DNA of 64,000 bases, from contig CAWILO010000011.1 in assembly GCA_963836955.1 (NCBI GenBank), positions 491,703 through 555,702 of the forward strand, given 5' to 3'. This stretch comes from an uncultured delta proteobacterium. GTDB lineage: Bacteria > Desulfobacterota > Binatia > Binatales > Binataceae. Both the position numbers and the translations under genes were made by a program. Below are positions 27,398-36,554 of this stretch, piece by piece. Position 1 is the first letter of the stretch, and each line of letters begins with the position of its first letter. The notes below the pieces were generated by a model. That model had not been told where the DNA came from. It did no database searches and saw only the letters and a program-made list of their open reading frames with translations.

Positions 27398-28852
27398 CTA
27401 CTGCCGATAGTTCGGCGCTTCCTTCGTGATAAACACGTCGTGCACATGACTCTCACGCATGCCCGCATCACTCACCTTCACGAATTTCGCCCGCTTGCGC
27501 AGCTCCGCCAGGTTCGCCGCACCGATGTATCCCATTCCGGATTGCAGCCCGCCCACCAGCTGCTCGATATTCGACGCGAGCGACCCGCGATGCGGTACGC
27601 GTCCTTCGATTCCTTCCGGCACGTGCTTGCCGTCGGTCAGGTTTAGCTGCCCGTAACGATCTCCGGTGCGCTCGTTCATCGCGCCGATCGATCCCATCCC
27701 GCGGTAAAGCTTGTATGTACGCCCCTGGTAGAGAATCGTCTCGCCCGGACTCTCCTCGGTGCCCGCGAACAGCGAGCCAATCATCACGCTGTTTGCCCCG
27801 GCGGCGATCGCTTTGGTGATATCGCCCGAGAACCGGATTCCGCCGTCGGCAATCACCGGGATATTGCGCGGCTCGGCAATCGCAATCGTATCCATTATCG
27901 CCGTGATTTGCGGCACGCCGACTCCCGAGACCACTCGCGTCGTGCAGATCGATCCGGGTCCCATCCCGACGCGAAGCGCATCGGCGCCGGCGTCGCACAG
28001 TACCTTGGCGCCCTCGCTGGTCGCGACGTTTCCCGCTACCACTTCGACCTCGGGCCATTCGCGCTTGGTCGCCTTGATCGCATCGATCACGTTGCGCGTA
28101 TGCCCATGTGCGGTGTCGATACAAATCACATCGACGCCCGCTCGCCGCAGCGCAGCCACCCGCGCCTCGCGTTCCGGACCGACTCCGACCGCAGCGCCGA
28201 CTCGCAGTCGCCCGAACTGATCCTTGCTCGCATGCGGATGCCGAATCGCCTTGTCCATGTCCTTGACGGTGATCAGCCCGCGCAGCCGGTGCTGATCGTC
28301 AACGAGAGGCAGCTTCTCTATCCGATGCGCCTGCAGGAGTTCCTTGGCGTGTTCGAGGTCGATACCCGGCCGCGCGGTGATCACTTTGCTCGTCATCACG
28401 TCGCGCACCTGCTTGTCCAGGCGCCGTTCGAAGCGAAGATCGCGATTGGTCAGAATTCCGACCAGCCGGCCGTCCGACACGACCGGCAGCCCGGAGATGC
28501 GGTAGCGTTCCATCACGGCCACCGCCTCGCCGATTTTCTGCTCGGGACTGACGGTGATCGGATCGACGATCATCCCGCTTTCATATTTCTTGACGGTCTC
28601 GACTTCGACCGCCTGTTCTTCGATCGAAAGATTACGATGCACAAAACCGATCCCGCCCATCTGCGCGATTGCGATCGCCGTGCGCGATTCAGTGACGGTG
28701 TCCATCGGACTCGAGACGAGCGGAATCCGCAGACGGATTTTGGGCGTCAGCGATGTCGAGACGTCGCAATTCGACGGCAGCAGGTCGGACGATTGAGGGA
28801 TCAAGAGAACGTCGTCGAAGGTAAGTGCTTCGCGGAGCTCCTGATGCGCCAT
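27398..28852 (-). CDS. guaB: IMP dehydrogenase with CBS pair
   Basis: [19 protein letters not shown] domains, [30 protein letters not shown]; AGGAGG RBS. Confidence 0.98.
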   Translation of the reverse strand: MAHQELREALTFDDVLLIPQSSDLLPSNCDVSTSLTPKIRLRIPLVSSPMDTVTESRTAIAIAQMGGIGFVHRNLSIEEQAVEVETVKKYESGMIVDPITVSPEQKIGEAVAVMERYRISGLPVVSDGRLVGILTNRDLRFERRLDKQVRDVMTSKVITARPGIDLEHAKELLQAHRIEKLPLVDDQHRLRGLITVKDMDKAIRHPHASKDQFGRLRVGAAVGVGPEREARVAALRRAGVDVICIDTAHGHTRNVIDAIKATKREWPEVEVVAGNVATSEGAKVLCDAGADALRVGMGPGSICTTRVVSGVGVPQITAIMDTIAIAEPRNIPVIADGGIRFSGDITKAIAAGANSVMIGSLFAGTEESPGETILYQGRTYKLYRGMGSIGAMNERTGDRYGQLNLTDGKHVPEGIEGRVPHRGSLASNIEQLVGGLQSGMGYIGAANLAELRKRAKFVKVSDAGMRESHVHDVFITKEAPNYRQ

Positions 28853-28893
28853 TTTTAAGTCCCTCCTGGGGAAAACCGTTAAAGTCAGTAGAT

Positions 28894-28924
28894 AAAAAAA
28901 GAGCCCGCGGTTCTCCGCGGGCCC
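28894..28924 (-). terminator. Intrinsic terminator (probable attenuator) about 40 nt upstream of the guaB start codon
   Basis: Minus strand GGGCCCGCGG-AGAA-CCGCGGGCTC-TTTTTTT (10-bp stem plus U7). Confidence 0.88.
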
Positions 28925-28934
28925 AAATCACCCT

Positions 28935-28973
28935 TCAGTTCTTATACGCAGTCCGTTTAACCAGATGCGCCAT
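28935..28973 (-). CDS. Putative leader peptide MAHLVKRTAYKN upstream of guaB
   Basis: ATG lies 6 nt after the -10 hexamer; the stop is 10 nt before the terminator stem; no RBS, so it would be leaderless. Confidence 0.45.
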   Translation of the reverse strand: MAHLVKRTAYKN

Positions 28974-28978
28974 AGCCA

Positions 28979-29007
28979 AATCTAACAAGCGCCGACCCGC
29001 CAATCAA
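28979..29007 (-). promoter_or_regulatory. Sigma70-type promoter of the guaB leader
   Basis: TTGATT(29007-29002)-N17-TAGATT(28984-28979), with TG before the -10. Confidence 0.7.
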
Positions 29008-29025
29008 TACGGGATACCATGCTCC

Positions 29026-29117
29026 CATTTCCGCCGTCTTCCCCTCCCCCAAAGGGAGAGGATCAAAGGTGAGGGACCCCAATTCAGCGCACGCAACGCG
29101 CGCGACTCAGGATTCTG
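29026..29117. repeat. Family B REP-like repeat, copy 2
   Basis: Matches 16928-17014. Confidence 0.8.
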
Positions 29118-29197
29118 GCCTTGCGACGACTCGAACGTGCTACCGTCGGACCGAGGATGGCGAAGAAGAGACCAAGTTCGTCGCATGGGGAGCGTTG

Positions 29198-29601
29198 ATG
29201 AATCCCAAGTTCGCGTCGGAGAAGCTAAAAGTCGGCGAAATCTACTCTCGCAAATCTTGGAAAGAGTTGTTCCCCACAAAGGACGCCACGATAAACACTG
29301 GGGTTTTCAAACCGAAGAATTATTCCTCCGTCTGGTTCTTCGTCACGCGCAAGAAAGCAGCGAATCAGCCCAAGTACGTCGATAACCTGGTTGGCAGCAC
29401 ACTCATTGGCAGGGACAGGCCTCAGGAAAAAGCGACCTGATGATCCTCGAACATGTAAGCCGCAATCTGGAGGTGCTCCTCTTCTATCGAGAAGCACCTA
29501 AGCAATACCGCGACTCAGGATTTCGCTATCTCGGCTAAGTCGAGTACGTAAGTCATAAGGCGGGACATCCGACTAACTTCACTCTACAACTGAAAGCGTA
29601 G
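29198..29601 (+). pseudogene. Degraded gene for a small PUA/SRA-like domain, of the type found at the N-terminus of HNH restriction nucleases
   Basis: MNPKF..DATINTGVFKP..VWFFVT..YVDNLVGSTL; frameshift at about 29405; then WQGQASGKSD..LLFYRE..GFRYLG; in-frame TAA at 29536-38; then VEYVSHKAGHPTNFTLQLKA*. Family assignment is from memory. Confidence 0.6.
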
Positions 29602-29628
29602 TTTCTGCGGAACCACTCTAGGTGCGGC

Positions 29629-30417
29629 TCACTTTCCGCACCATACTGGCTTGCGCTTTTCCAGGAATGCGCCGATGCCTTCTTGCGCGTCGAGCGCCAT
29701 CGCGTTTTGGCTCATCACTCCTTTCGTGTACTCGTAGGCCTTCGCCGTATCGAGATCGATTTGCTCGTAGAATGCGCGCTTGCCGATTCCGATGATCAGC
29801 GGGCTTGCCTCTACTATCTGCATCGCGAGCTTGCGCGTCTCTGCGACTAGCTCCGCGTCGGGTACTACCATGTTCACTAGTCCCCATTCCGCGGCCGTGC
29901 GCGCTTTTACCGGCTGTCCCGTCAGCAGCATTTCCATCGCGTGCTTTCGTCCGACCGCGCGCGTCAGCGCCACCATCGGCGTCGAGCAGAACAGTCCAAT
30001 CCTCACGCCCGGCGTCGCAAAACTCGCGCTCTCGCCCGCGACCACGAGGTCGCACGTCGCCGCCAGCTGGCATCCCGCGGCAGTGGCGATCGCATGCACG
30101 CGCGCAATCACCGGTTGTGGAATTGCCTGAATCGTCAGCATCAGTTGTGCGCACAGATCGAATTCGTATCGGTAGAATGCGAGATCGCGACCCTTCAGTT
30201 CGCCCAAGTCGTGACCGGCTGAAAACGCAGGTCCGTTGCCAGCGATTATCACCGCGCGCGCGTCGCTTCGTTTGCCGATCGCTCGAAGCTCGACGTTCAG
30301 TTCCGTCATCATCGCGGTCGACAGCGCGTTGCGCTTCTCGGGACGGTTCATCGTGAGCGTCACGAGTCCGGCTTCTTCCTCGACGATCAGATTCTTTGGC
30401 CCGTTTTCATTCGCCAT
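29629..30417 (-). CDS. Enoyl-CoA hydratase/isomerase family protein (ECHDC3-like)
   Basis: NRPEKRNAL, FSAGHDL, TAAGCQLAATCD, FATPGVRIGLFCSTP. Confidence 0.93.
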   Translation of the reverse strand: MANENGPKNLIVEEEAGLVTLTMNRPEKRNALSTAMMTELNVELRAIGKRSDARAVIIAGNGPAFSAGHDLGELKGRDLAFYRYEFDLCAQLMLTIQAIPQPVIARVHAIATAAGCQLAATCDLVVAGESASFATPGVRIGLFCSTPMVALTRAVGRKHAMEMLLTGQPVKARTAAEWGLVNMVVPDAELVAETRKLAMQIVEASPLIIGIGKRAFYEQIDLDTAKAYEYTKGVMSQNAMALDAQEGIGAFLEKRKPVWCGK

Positions 30418-30460
30418 GGATTTTTACCTGCCTTCCATTCTCTTACTCTTCGGCCATACG

Positions 30461-31291
30461 CTAGTCGCCCGGCTCGTTTTTCCATTCCTCGGGATAGAGC
30501 AACAGCAAGTCCTGGCCGAGCGCGCGCACTAGGAATCGCTGCGTCTCATTGATCGCACGTTCGAGCGCCCTTCCGCCAATCAGCCAGTGCCCGCGCCCGG
30601 CAATCTTCGCCAGCTTCGCACCAATCGACTCCGCAAATTTTGCTGTCTGCGCGAGCGGCGCGAAGATGTCCGAGTCGCCCGCTACGATGAACCGCGGCGC
30701 CGCTTTGTCCGGCGGCGCAAACTCGATCGCTCCAGTAACTACATCGGACGCAAGCGCGCCCGAATCGGGGACCATCGCCTTGATCAATCCGTCGCGAGTG
30801 AAGGGATCGGAATCGGCGATCAATTCGAACAGAATTCGGCCGCGCGGCGGCTTGATCGGCCTGCCCAACATCGTCGCGACGCGATTCGCGAGTCCTCCCA
30901 CCAGCGGCGTGCGAAAGCCCGGCACCAACGGCGCGTATGCGACCGCGGCCTTCACTCGACGATGCTCGCTGAGTTTGAGCGCGACCATTCCGCCAACGCC
31001 GTGACCGACCACGACTGCGTCGCGGCCAATCCCCTCGAGCGCTTCGGCTGCCAGCGTCGTCAAATCGTTGAACCGAAGTTTTTCGAGAGGCGGGGCCGAG
31101 CCTTTGCCATATGCAGCGCGCAGATCCGGCACGAATACTTCCCATCCGATCGACGCGAGATAGCCGAGCACGAGTGCAAGATGCCGCGGCGTACAGAAGA
31201 GTTCCGGCAACAGCATTATCGGCCACGCAAACTTTACCGGCTCGGGGAGCTCGCTTTGCGCGGGGATGCGGCCGAGTTCGACGTCGTCCAC
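30461..31291 (-). CDS. Alpha/beta-hydrolase fold protein with Gly at the nucleophile position
   Basis: GWEVFVPDLR, VVVGHGVGG (usually GHSxGG), IVAGDSD, GRGHW. Confidence 0.75.
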   Translation of the reverse strand: MDDVELGRIPAQSELPEPVKFAWPIMLLPELFCTPRHLALVLGYLASIGWEVFVPDLRAAYGKGSAPPLEKLRFNDLTTLAAEALEGIGRDAVVVGHGVGGMVALKLSEHRRVKAAVAYAPLVPGFRTPLVGGLANRVATMLGRPIKPPRGRILFELIADSDPFTRDGLIKAMVPDSGALASDVVTGAIEFAPPDKAAPRFIVAGDSDIFAPLAQTAKFAESIGAKLAKIAGRGHWLIGGRALERAINETQRFLVRALGQDLLLLYPEEWKNEPGD

Positions 31292-31303
31292 CGGAATGCC
31301 GAA

Positions 31304-32566
31304 TTATGCGGCCCGCGACGCGGTCGCCATCAAGCGCGCGAATCTGAACGACGGGAACGCGGCGCGCGGCGTCAGCATCTGGGCAAACCTGATCATCTCG
31401 TCCGCCGCCCATCGTTCGCGGCTGGCCGCGCGATGCGCGAAGTGGCTGCCCTGATCGAGTCCGAGCTCGCGCGACGCGCGAACGCTCGCTTTGTAGTACG
31501 GCATCAACTGTGTGTCGCGCAGCCGCGTGAATTCAGCCAGCGTGGTCGCGGGAATCGAGTTGCGGAGACTGCCGGCGAACCAATCCGGCGCGAGCTCGCC
31601 GACGATCCACGCGCTCATCAGCGCCATCGAATGGCCCTGGCCGAACAGCGGATCGACGTGCAGACCCGCGTCGCCGAGCAGAATCGCACCCTGGGTCGCC
31701 GGATCGCGATAGGTGTTGTTGAGCAGGCCGGAAGAAAACACTTTGCTAATCATCGTCGCGCCGTCGAGCATCTTGCGGACCGCGAACGACCGGTCCAGGT
31801 AGCGGCGAAGATTCGACGCGAGGTCGGTGCGAAAAGTTTGCATCTCAGCGGCATCGAACGCCGTCGCCGCGACCGTGAGTCCATTCTCGCATCGACAAAC
31901 CAGGTTGCCCGCGCCGGGCGCGGACTCGAATTCCGTGACGACTTCGTCGCCCAGGTTTTTCCGCGCGACCCCTTCGAAATAGGCGTAGTAATATGCGCGC
32001 GCACATGGAACATCGACTCGCTTGAACGCGTCGATTCGCTCCGACGCGATCTGCGCGACCGAACTGCGCATCCCGTCGGCGCCGATAGTCAGCGGCGCGC
32101 GAACTTCGTGGATACCCGACGCATCCTCGCCACGAATTCCGACCACGGCGCCGCCTTCGATCAGCAGATCGGTAAGTCTGAAGCGTTCGCGAAACGTGAC
32201 GGCTTCGAAACTCCTCGCCGCATCGATCATCGCGGCATCCATCAGCACGCGTCCCAGACACAATCCGCGACCGTCGGCGCCGTCGCGCACGAGCTCGCCG
32301 CTATAGTCGAAGTCCGGACCGACCGAGCGCATCCGCTCGAAGCGGACGCCGCCCGCGCACTCGAGCATTTCGAGCACGCCCATTCGCTCGAGTACTTTCG
32401 TTCCGCCACCGAGCACGATGTGCGTCGAGAGCCGGTCCGAGGGGAACACGTCCTTGTCGATCAGCAAAACGCGCCGGCCGTCGCGTGCAAGTAAAATCGC
32501 GGCCGCGCTGCCGGCGACGCGCGCGCCGACGATGATCGCATCGAAATTCTTTTCTGATTCGAGCAT
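31304..32566 (-). CDS. NAD(P)/FAD-dependent oxidoreductase (geranylgeranyl reductase/halogenase-like fold)
   Basis: DAIIVGARVAGS, GADGMRS, LLGDAG..DPLFGQG; start chosen at ATG 32566. Confidence 0.88.
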   Translation of the reverse strand: MLESEKNFDAIIVGARVAGSAAAILLARDGRRVLLIDKDVFPSDRLSTHIVLGGGTKVLERMGVLEMLECAGGVRFERMRSVGPDFDYSGELVRDGADGRGLCLGRVLMDAAMIDAARSFEAVTFRERFRLTDLLIEGGAVVGIRGEDASGIHEVRAPLTIGADGMRSSVAQIASERIDAFKRVDVPCARAYYYAYFEGVARKNLGDEVVTEFESAPGAGNLVCRCENGLTVAATAFDAAEMQTFRTDLASNLRRYLDRSFAVRKMLDGATMISKVFSSGLLNNTYRDPATQGAILLGDAGLHVDPLFGQGHSMALMSAWIVGELAPDWFAGSLRNSIPATTLAEFTRLRDTQLMPYYKASVRASRELGLDQGSHFAHRAASRERWAADEMIRFAQMLTPRAAFPSFRFARLMATASRAA

Positions 32567-32637
32567 TAGCTTTGCGAAACAGCGCTGCGATCGAACCCTA
32601 TCATGTTGAACGCGCGCGCCCGCAAGCAAGCGCCACC

Positions 32638-32670
32638 AAAGGAAAGAGCCCCCTCTTTCGAAGGGGCTCT
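32638..32670 (-). terminator. Intrinsic terminator downstream of the small Lys-rich gene
   Basis: Minus strand AGAGCCCCT-TCGAAAG-AGGGGGCTCT-TTCCTTT. Confidence 0.75.
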
Positions 32671-32773
32671 CCCGTGTTGCGAGGCCTTTCAGCCTCGGCT
32701 TATTCCAGCAGCAAACCTGGCAGCCTTAGCCAGCCCCCGAGCGCATTAGCCCGGAGGTAAACTCGTTAAGTAG

Positions 32774-32878
32774 TTACTTCTTTTTGGTCTTCTTGGCCGC
32801 TTTCTTCTTTTTCATTTTGCTCTTTAGCATCGCTTTGGACTTGGTGGCCTTTTTGGCCCGTTTCCTCTTCACTGGCAT
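32774..32878 (-). CDS. Small Lys-rich (histone-H1-tail-like) protein, 34 aa
   Basis: MPVKRKRAKKATKSKAMLKSKMKKKKAAKKTKKK*; AGGAGG RBS directly upstream; own promoter and terminator; below the ORF-track cutoff. Confidence 0.85.
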   Translation of the reverse strand: MPVKRKRAKKATKSKAMLKSKMKKKKAAKKTKKK

Positions 32879-32959
32879 AGGTACCTCCTCTTCCTAGGCT
32901 GCCGCTGGAGAAGCGCCTTTTCTTATAGATGAGGGTTCATTCCTCATCGGTTCGGGCCG

Positions 32960-32988
32960 ATTATAGAAACATGTTATTCCAGAATCAA
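32960..32988 (-). promoter_or_regulatory. Near-consensus sigma70 promoter for the Lys-rich gene
   Basis: TTGATT(32988-32983)-N17-TATAAT(32965-32960). Confidence 0.8.
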
Positions 32989-33123
32989 GGCCTTGAAGGT
33001 TATTTATAAAGAAATTTTAAAGTCGAAAGAGTGCAATCGAACCGGTCTGTTTCGGGTCTTTAGAATGTCGTTCAAGATTAGAACTCTTGAACTTGGACCG
33101 ACGCCTGGATTACGATTGCGCGG

Positions 33124-33450
33124 ATGACGCGGTTAAGCTTTGTACTCCGCCGCGAGTGGCTCAGCCTAATCTTCGGCGGGGTGCTCGTGATGCTTGTCTT
33201 AAGTGCCTTGCTTGGCAACCTGGGCCCGCGCGACCTCGTTGCGCTCCAGAGCCATCGCGCCGCTCTGGAGGCCCACCGCGATCAACTGGCAGCGGAGAAC
33301 GCGGCGTTCAGAACGCGCATTCAGAAGCTGCGTTCAGACGACCGCTATATCGAACGCCTCATTCGCCGCGAGCTTGGTTACGCCCGCCCTGACGAGCTCG
33401 TCTACAAGTTCTCCGACGACAACAACACCGACAACTCGCCCGCGCACTGA
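33124..33450 (+). CDS. Septum formation initiator family protein (FtsB/DivIC-like)
   Basis: One TM segment, then LGNLGPRDL, a coiled coil and YIERLIRRELGYARPDE. Confidence 0.85.
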   Translation: MTRLSFVLRREWLSLIFGGVLVMLVLSALLGNLGPRDLVALQSHRAALEAHRDQLAAENAAFRTRIQKLRSDDRYIERLIRRELGYARPDELVYKFSDDNNTDNSPAH

Positions 33451-33467
33451 ACCGATCGCCGATACTT

Positions 33468-34802
33468 CTAGAAAACCGCGCGCGAGATCAGGCGGTACTC
33501 GCGAGCCTGGCGTTCCAGCTCGTCGCGAAAATCAGGATGCGCGATCGAGATCAGCGCGCGTGCCCGCTCCGGAACTGATTTGCCTTTCAGGTTGACGATC
33601 CCATACTCGGTCACGACGTACATCACGTCGGTGCGCGGCGTCGTTACGATATTGCACTCGTCGATTCGCGCGACGATTCGGCTCGCGCGCCGCCCGTCGC
33701 GCTCGTAGGTCGAAGCGAGACATAAAAACGACTTGCCATCGCGCGAGGCGTATGCGCCGCGCACGAATTGCAGTTGTCCTCCGGTGCCGCTTATCTGCCG
33801 CGTGCCGGCCGACTCCGAGCATGCCTGCCCGGTAAGATCGATTTGCGCTGCGTTGCAGATCGAGATGACCCGATCGTTCTGCATGATGTGATTCGGCAGG
33901 TTCGTGTAGTCGACCGGTCCCGCAAAACACGCGGTGTTGCGATTCAGAAAGTCGTACATCCGCTTCGAGCCGGCCGCGAAAGTGTACGTCATCTGGTAGC
34001 GGTTGGTCGCTTTGTGCGCGCCCGTCACTTTGCCGGCCTCGTAAAGCGAGACGAGCGAATCGACGAACATCTCGGTGTGAACACCGAGGTCTTTGATCGG
34101 AGCCGCCGCGAGCAGCTCGCAGACCGCATTGGGCATCGCGCCGATCCCGATCTGCACGCACGCGCCGCTTGGAATCTCCGGCGCGATCAGCTCCGCGACT
34201 TTCTGATCGACAACGTTCGCGGCGGGATTTTTCAGCTCCGGCAGCTCGGATGCGCCCGCGTCCAGCACGAACTCGACATCATCTATATGCACCGCGTTTT
34301 CGATTCCGAAAACGTACGGCACGCTCGCGTCAGTCTCGACGATCAACGTCCGCGCCTTTTCGCTGATCGCCTTGTGATAGGTGACTGACGGGCCGAAGTT
34401 GAAAAATCCGTGCTCGTCCATCGGCGCCGTCTTCAACACCGCGAGGTCGACGTCGATAAAGCGCCGGTAGTTGTCGGGCGCCTCGCCGAAATTCATCGGA
34501 ATATGATGCGCCAGGCCGCGATCGTGCATCTTCCGGTCGAGTCCCGAAAAGTACCACGACATGTAAGTGAGATGACGCTCGTCGGGATCGGCCTCGACCG
34601 CCGCGCGCGGGTGCATCGCAAGGCATCCGCGAATCTTCACTCGCTCGAGCTTTTGCGCCCGCTCGGCCAGCGCGCGATCGAACAAGTCCGGCTGCCCGAG
34701 TCCGAATCCGTACTCGACCCAGTCCCCCGATTTGACTCGAGCCGCCGCATCCTCGGCGCTGATTTTCTTTCGTTTGAGTTGTCCCTCGTACGATGTCGCC
34801 AT
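33468..34802 (-). CDS. Acetyl-CoA hydrolase/4-hydroxybutyrate CoA-transferase family protein
   Basis: VQIGIGAMP, LGVHTEM, GQACSES, SGTGGQLQFVRGA, VVTEYG. Confidence 0.93.
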   Translation of the reverse strand: MATSYEGQLKRKKISAEDAAARVKSGDWVEYGFGLGQPDLFDRALAERAQKLERVKIRGCLAMHPRAAVEADPDERHLTYMSWYFSGLDRKMHDRGLAHHIPMNFGEAPDNYRRFIDVDLAVLKTAPMDEHGFFNFGPSVTYHKAISEKARTLIVETDASVPYVFGIENAVHIDDVEFVLDAGASELPELKNPAANVVDQKVAELIAPEIPSGACVQIGIGAMPNAVCELLAAAPIKDLGVHTEMFVDSLVSLYEAGKVTGAHKATNRYQMTYTFAAGSKRMYDFLNRNTACFAGPVDYTNLPNHIMQNDRVISICNAAQIDLTGQACSESAGTRQISGTGGQLQFVRGAYASRDGKSFLCLASTYERDGRRASRIVARIDECNIVTTPRTDVMYVVTEYGIVNLKGKSVPERARALISIAHPDFRDELERQAREYRLISRAVF

Positions 34803-34967
34803 CGATAAGACCTCGTGTTTATTCCGGCCGATTCGCTTGACTGCGCGGCTGGCGTAGGATTTTCTTCAACCGGCGTACTCCGATCAATGCCAAGTATCGA
34901 ACCACTCAAGCAAGAGACCACCGGCGGTATCGGCATCCGCACAGTCTGACGCAAACGGGGGAACACG

Positions 34968-35396
34968 ATGTACGCGTTGCGCGGCTTCATTCTCGCACTT
35001 CACATCTTCGGCGTAATTTTCTGGATGGGCGGCCTGCTGATGATCGCCAGCCTGCTCGCGCGCGTGCCCGACGAAGTCGGACTGCCCAAGGAACGCTTTC
35101 TCGGCGTGGCGCGCGGATTGTTCGAGAGCGCGACCAACCTCGGAGCCGCAATCACGATCGGTCTCGGAATTTTGCTGATCCTTATGGATCCCCTGGTGCT
35201 GCGCCAGGGATGGCTGCACGCGAAGCTGCTGCTGGTGGCAGTCCTGCTCTTTTATCACGTCCGCTTTTATCGACGGATAATCTTCCTCGAGAACAATCCG
35301 AGCCAATCATCGGCGCGTGAGTTTCGCGTCGTCCATGGGATGGTGAGTGCGCTGTTGATCGCGATCCTGGTGCTCGCCGTGATCAAGCCTTTCTAG
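34968..35396 (+). CDS. HemJ/CopD-like (UPF0093) membrane protein
   Basis: LHIFGVIFWMGGL..GWLHAKL..VLAVIKPF. Confidence 0.75.
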   Translation: MYALRGFILALHIFGVIFWMGGLLMIASLLARVPDEVGLPKERFLGVARGLFESATNLGAAITIGLGILLILMDPLVLRQGWLHAKLLLVAVLLFYHVRFYRRIIFLENNPSQSSAREFRVVHGMVSALLIAILVLAVIKPF

Positions 35397-35865
35397 CGGG
35401 ACTCAGCTTTATCGCAACAGCCTTGATGCGCCTTTCAGAGGCTGGCGAGTCAACCTGCTCGATCAACTCAAAGACATGACCGTTGGGATCATCGAAATAC
35501 ACGCCGCGACCGCCGTGCAGGCGGTTGATCTCGCCGCGTCCCGTGCCGTCGACCTCAGCATAGAACCTGATAGTTCCACTTTTGATTCGCTCAAAAGCAG
35601 CATCGAATTCCGCGTTGTTGACGAGGAGCGCGCACTGAATCGGCCATAAGCTTTTCTCAGCGGAAAAGTCGAGCGTCAGACCGTCGCCCGTGCGGACGCG
35701 GGCGAGATGATCCGGCTCAGGTTCCACCTCGAGCCCCAAAACATAGGCGAGCAGTCGCGCCGACGCCCATTCGTCCTTGGCGGGAACGACAATGTGATTT
35801 ACTTCGACAGTTATCTTCAGCGCCGATCTTTGACCACCAACCGACCTTGCCGCCGGATTGTGCAT
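35383..35865 (-). CDS. VOC family protein
   Basis: NHIVVPAKD..GGRGVYFDDPNGHVFEL; start uncertain. Confidence 0.8.
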   Translation of the reverse strand: MHNPAARSVGGQRSALKITVEVNHIVVPAKDEWASARLLAYVLGLEVEPEPDHLARVRTGDGLTLDFSAEKSLWPIQCALLVNNAEFDAAFERIKSGTIRFYAEVDGTGRGEINRLHGGRGVYFDDPNGHVFELIEQVDSPASERRIKAVAIKLSPARKA

Positions 35866-35891
35866 CGCACTCGTGAGAATCTCGTCGACAC

Positions 35892-36554
35892 CTATCCCGC
35901 CATTCGCTCCATATGAGCCGACATGAAGGACATCGCCTGCTCGACAATCGCGGGACCGGCGGTCCTGGGACTCCCCACATTAAACGGCGGCTCGGGGTCA
36001 TACTCCATCGCCAGTTGCGTCAACTTGGCGGCGTCGTCTCCGCGCAGCTTCGCGAGGATCACCAGTCCGAAATCGATTCCGGCGGTGACTCCGCCTCCGG
36101 TCATCCGGTTTCGATCCACCACCACTCGCGCGTCAACCGGCTCTGCTCCGAAATTGCGGAGTGCATCGCGCGCCGCCCAATGGGAGGTGGCATTGTATCC
36201 TTTCAGCAGACCAGCCGCGCCGAGCAGCAACGATCCGCTGCAGACTGAAGTCACATATTTGGAGTGCGGTGCTCGATCAGTCAGGAACTTAAGGACCTCG
36301 CTGTCGCTCATCATCGCCTGCTGACCAAACCCGCCTGGCACGAACAGGATGTCGAGTTGACGCGGGCAGGTTTCGAACGTCGCGGTGGGCTGGATGCCGA
36401 TACCGGTGTCGGAGAAGACCAGGTCCTTGGTCTTCCACACGAGATGAATATTGGCGAACCAGGAAAAGACCGTCTGCGGACCGATCAGATCCAGCAGCGT
36501 CAGCCCCGGGTAAAGCAGCATCGCAATCTCGAGCGGTGGTCGATTTTGTTTCAC
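35892..36554 (-). CDS. DJ-1/PfpI family protein (isonitrile hydratase-like)
   Basis: LDLIGP, FVPGG, TSVCSGS, ATSHW, GGGVTAGIDF, EYDPEPPF. Confidence 0.92.
   Translation of the reverse strand: MKQNRPPLEIAMLLYPGLTLLDLIGPQTVFSWFANIHLVWKTKDLVFSDTGIGIQPTATFETCPRQLDILFVPGGFGQQAMMSDSEVLKFLTDRAPHSKYVTSVCSGSLLLGAAGLLKGYNATSHWAARDALRNFGAEPVDARVVVDRNRMTGGGVTAGIDFGLVILAKLRGDDAAKLTQLAMEYDPEPPFNVGSPRTAGPAIVEQAMSFMSAHMERMAG

Noticed and set aside
28853-29007. Known purine, ZTP or ykkC-type riboswitch upstream of guaB
   Set aside because: The conserved core nucleotides of these aptamers could not be matched by eye; reported as an unclassified leader instead.
30587-32494. 635-aa plus-strand ORF
   Set aside because: Antisense to the hydrolase-fold and FAD oxidoreductase genes.
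32671-32773. 6S RNA, tmRNA, SRP RNA or hammerhead ribozyme in the structured region after the Lys-rich gene
   Set aside because: No diagnostic motifs or lengths match; kept only as a structured 3' region.
34887-34949. 20-codon ORF (MPSIEPLKQETTGGIGIRTV) upstream of the HemJ-like gene
   Set aside because: No RBS, terminator or compositional support; likely chance.
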